The notes beneath the pieces are model-generated. The model did not search any database. It was not told where the DNA came from and saw only the letters and a list, made by a program, of their open reading frames with translations. A stretch of 64,000 bases of DNA from Sulfurospirillaceae bacterium. GTDB lineage: Bacteria > Campylobacterota > Campylobacteria > Campylobacterales > Sulfurospirillaceae. The position numbers and the translations under genes were made by a program. This document shows, in pieces, positions 63,039 through 64,000 of this stretch; the first letter of the stretch is position 1; each line of letters starts with the position of its first letter. The stretch spans positions 11,120 through 75,119 of the forward strand of contig JAWVXD010000011.1 of NCBI GenBank assembly GCA_033723415.1, written 5' to 3'.

Positions 63039-63053
63039 AGTGATTTGTTGGGA
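63038..63053 (-). mobile_element. Truncated left arm of a putative attC site
   Basis: Minus strand TCCCAAC-AAATCA-CTG, 42 nt after the MBL stop; CCCAAC is complementary to the cassette-start GTTGGG. Confidence 0.5.
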
Positions 63054-63095
63054 AATGATTATTTGGTTTTTCCGCTTACAAGGATAGTTATGTGA

Positions 63096-63944
63096 TCAAA
63101 TATCAAAAATAGTTCCTGTCGGCATATCCTTAATCCGCTCACCCATCACGGATTCTAGGACGTTAAATGCCTTTTTGCCTGTGCAATGTCCTGCATAGGT
63201 TATATCAATAGGATAATTCAAAATTGATTTGGCAATATTCTCAACTTCCTCTTTTGTCCCTGCCATAAAATTAAACGGTGGCGAGGTCACAAGATGAAAT
63301 CCACCGATGACCGCTTTGATGGGGACACCTTCAAACTCTTTCGCGACAGTATCGATCATATTTAGGATACCATTATGCGAACAACCTGTGAAAATTACCA
63401 GCTTTCCATTTTCTTTGATGGCCATTACAATTTCATGAGAGAACTTATCGGGCGAGAACCTCCCTTTTGTTTTCAAATAAAGATGTTTATTTCCAAGAGG
63501 TGTGGGATGCGTGTCAATGATTTTTGGAAAGATAAAAACATCGGGAATAACTTCAGTAGGCTTGCCTACAAAATTAAAGCGTTCTTTGTGATCATTCACT
63601 ATGGTACGATCTAAGCCTATATATTTTGTAAAAAATCCCAGAACTTTACTATAACACTCACCATCAGGCATATTTGCAAGATATACTTTGGCATTGGAAT
63701 TCAGTTCAAAAAAACGTTTAAGTCCTCCGCCATGGTCAAAGTGATGGTGTGATAGAACCGCCACATCAACAGAATCGATTTTTATAGACAAATGTTTTGC
63801 ATTATCGGCAAATGCACCTGAAGTTCCCATATCAAAAAGAATCGAATGATTATTAAACTCAATATACAAAGATAAACCCCATTCTGAAGTAAGCTTTGGA
63901 TCGTTGGAGTTTGCTTTATTTTCAATCAAGGTTGTTATTTTCAT
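63096..63944 (-). CDS. MBL-fold metallo-hydrolase (COG1237-like)
   Basis: ITTLIEN, EWGLS, LFDMG, LSHHHFDHGGG, TGCSHNG, IGGFHL, GHCTG. Confidence 0.9.
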   Translation of the reverse strand: MKITTLIENKANSNDPKLTSEWGLSLYIEFNNHSILFDMGTSGAFADNAKHLSIKIDSVDVAVLSHHHFDHGGGLKRFFELNSNAKVYLANMPDGECYSKVLGFFTKYIGLDRTIVNDHKERFNFVGKPTEVIPDVFIFPKIIDTHPTPLGNKHLYLKTKGRFSPDKFSHEIVMAIKENGKLVIFTGCSHNGILNMIDTVAKEFEGVPIKAVIGGFHLVTSPPFNFMAGTKEEVENIAKSILNYPIDITYAGHCTGKKAFNVLESVMGERIKDMPTGTIFDI

Positions 63945-63979
63945 GTGCTGATTCTTCCTTTTATACTGCAGTCATTGAA

Positions 63980-64000
63980 GCCCAACGTTTGAGTTGAGAA
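63980..64000 (-). mobile_element. Right arm of a putative attC site (core site) at the window edge
   Basis: Minus strand TTCTCAACTCAAAC-GTTGGGC (GTTRRRY), 35 nt before the MBL ATG, leaving room only for an SD. Confidence 0.6.

Noticed and set aside
62089..63043. Several overlapping alternative ORFs around the EamA gene
   Set aside because: Expected in GC-rich DNA with few stop codons; no motifs or ribosome-binding sites.
63096..63944. Metallo-beta-lactamase resistance gene
   Set aside because: No signal peptide; motifs TGCSH, GGFHL and GHCTG fit the cytoplasmic COG1237-like family rather than class B beta-lactamases.
1..64000. CRISPR arrays, rRNA/tRNA genes, prophage or intact transposase; short antisense ORFs in the track
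   Set aside because: No regularly spaced repeats, RNA-gene signatures or hallmark proteins were seen by eye; the short antisense ORFs are shadows of well-supported genes.

Overview
An AT-rich bacterial chromosome segment, most likely from a free-living Campylobacterota (Epsilonproteobacteria). This is inferred from the clpB / ctpA-purC-purS-purQ-SH3-plsC-crcB-htpG block, which matches the Campylobacter gene order as I recall it, plus cts/MSHA-like pilus genes, HspR-type operators and abundant PglB-type sequons. 0-18 kb: pirin, a GGDEF-EAL protein with a periplasmic CxxCH sensor, HMG-CoA lyase plus a CaiB/BaiF CoA-transferase, a GT2, SatP, a GDSL esterase, an EamA, an EmrAB-TolC-type pump, and a Cyc2-type cytochrome-porin (13234-14442) divergent from an OmpR-family two-component system. 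18-22 kb: mog, uppP, valS. 22-42 kb: a heme-c-sensor diguanylate cyclase heads an MSHA-like type IV pilus cluster. The cluster has a ~1650-aa MshQ-like adhesin that appears to start at ATT, minor pilins, a secretin, an MshEN-bearing ATPase, an unlisted 32-aa membrane peptide and two paralogous pilins; its exported subunits are very rich in D/E-x-N-x-S/T sequons. 42-56 kb: housekeeping and heat-shock genes. 56-64 kb: an accessory mosaic (YigM-like transporter, PAS-GGDEF, MCP, a high-GC EamA between 24-bp direct repeats, a 61-bp exact duplication, and an MBL-fold gene with integron cassette boundaries). No rRNA, tRNA, CRISPR array, integrase or intact transposase was seen. All family calls come from motif recognition by eye, not database searches.
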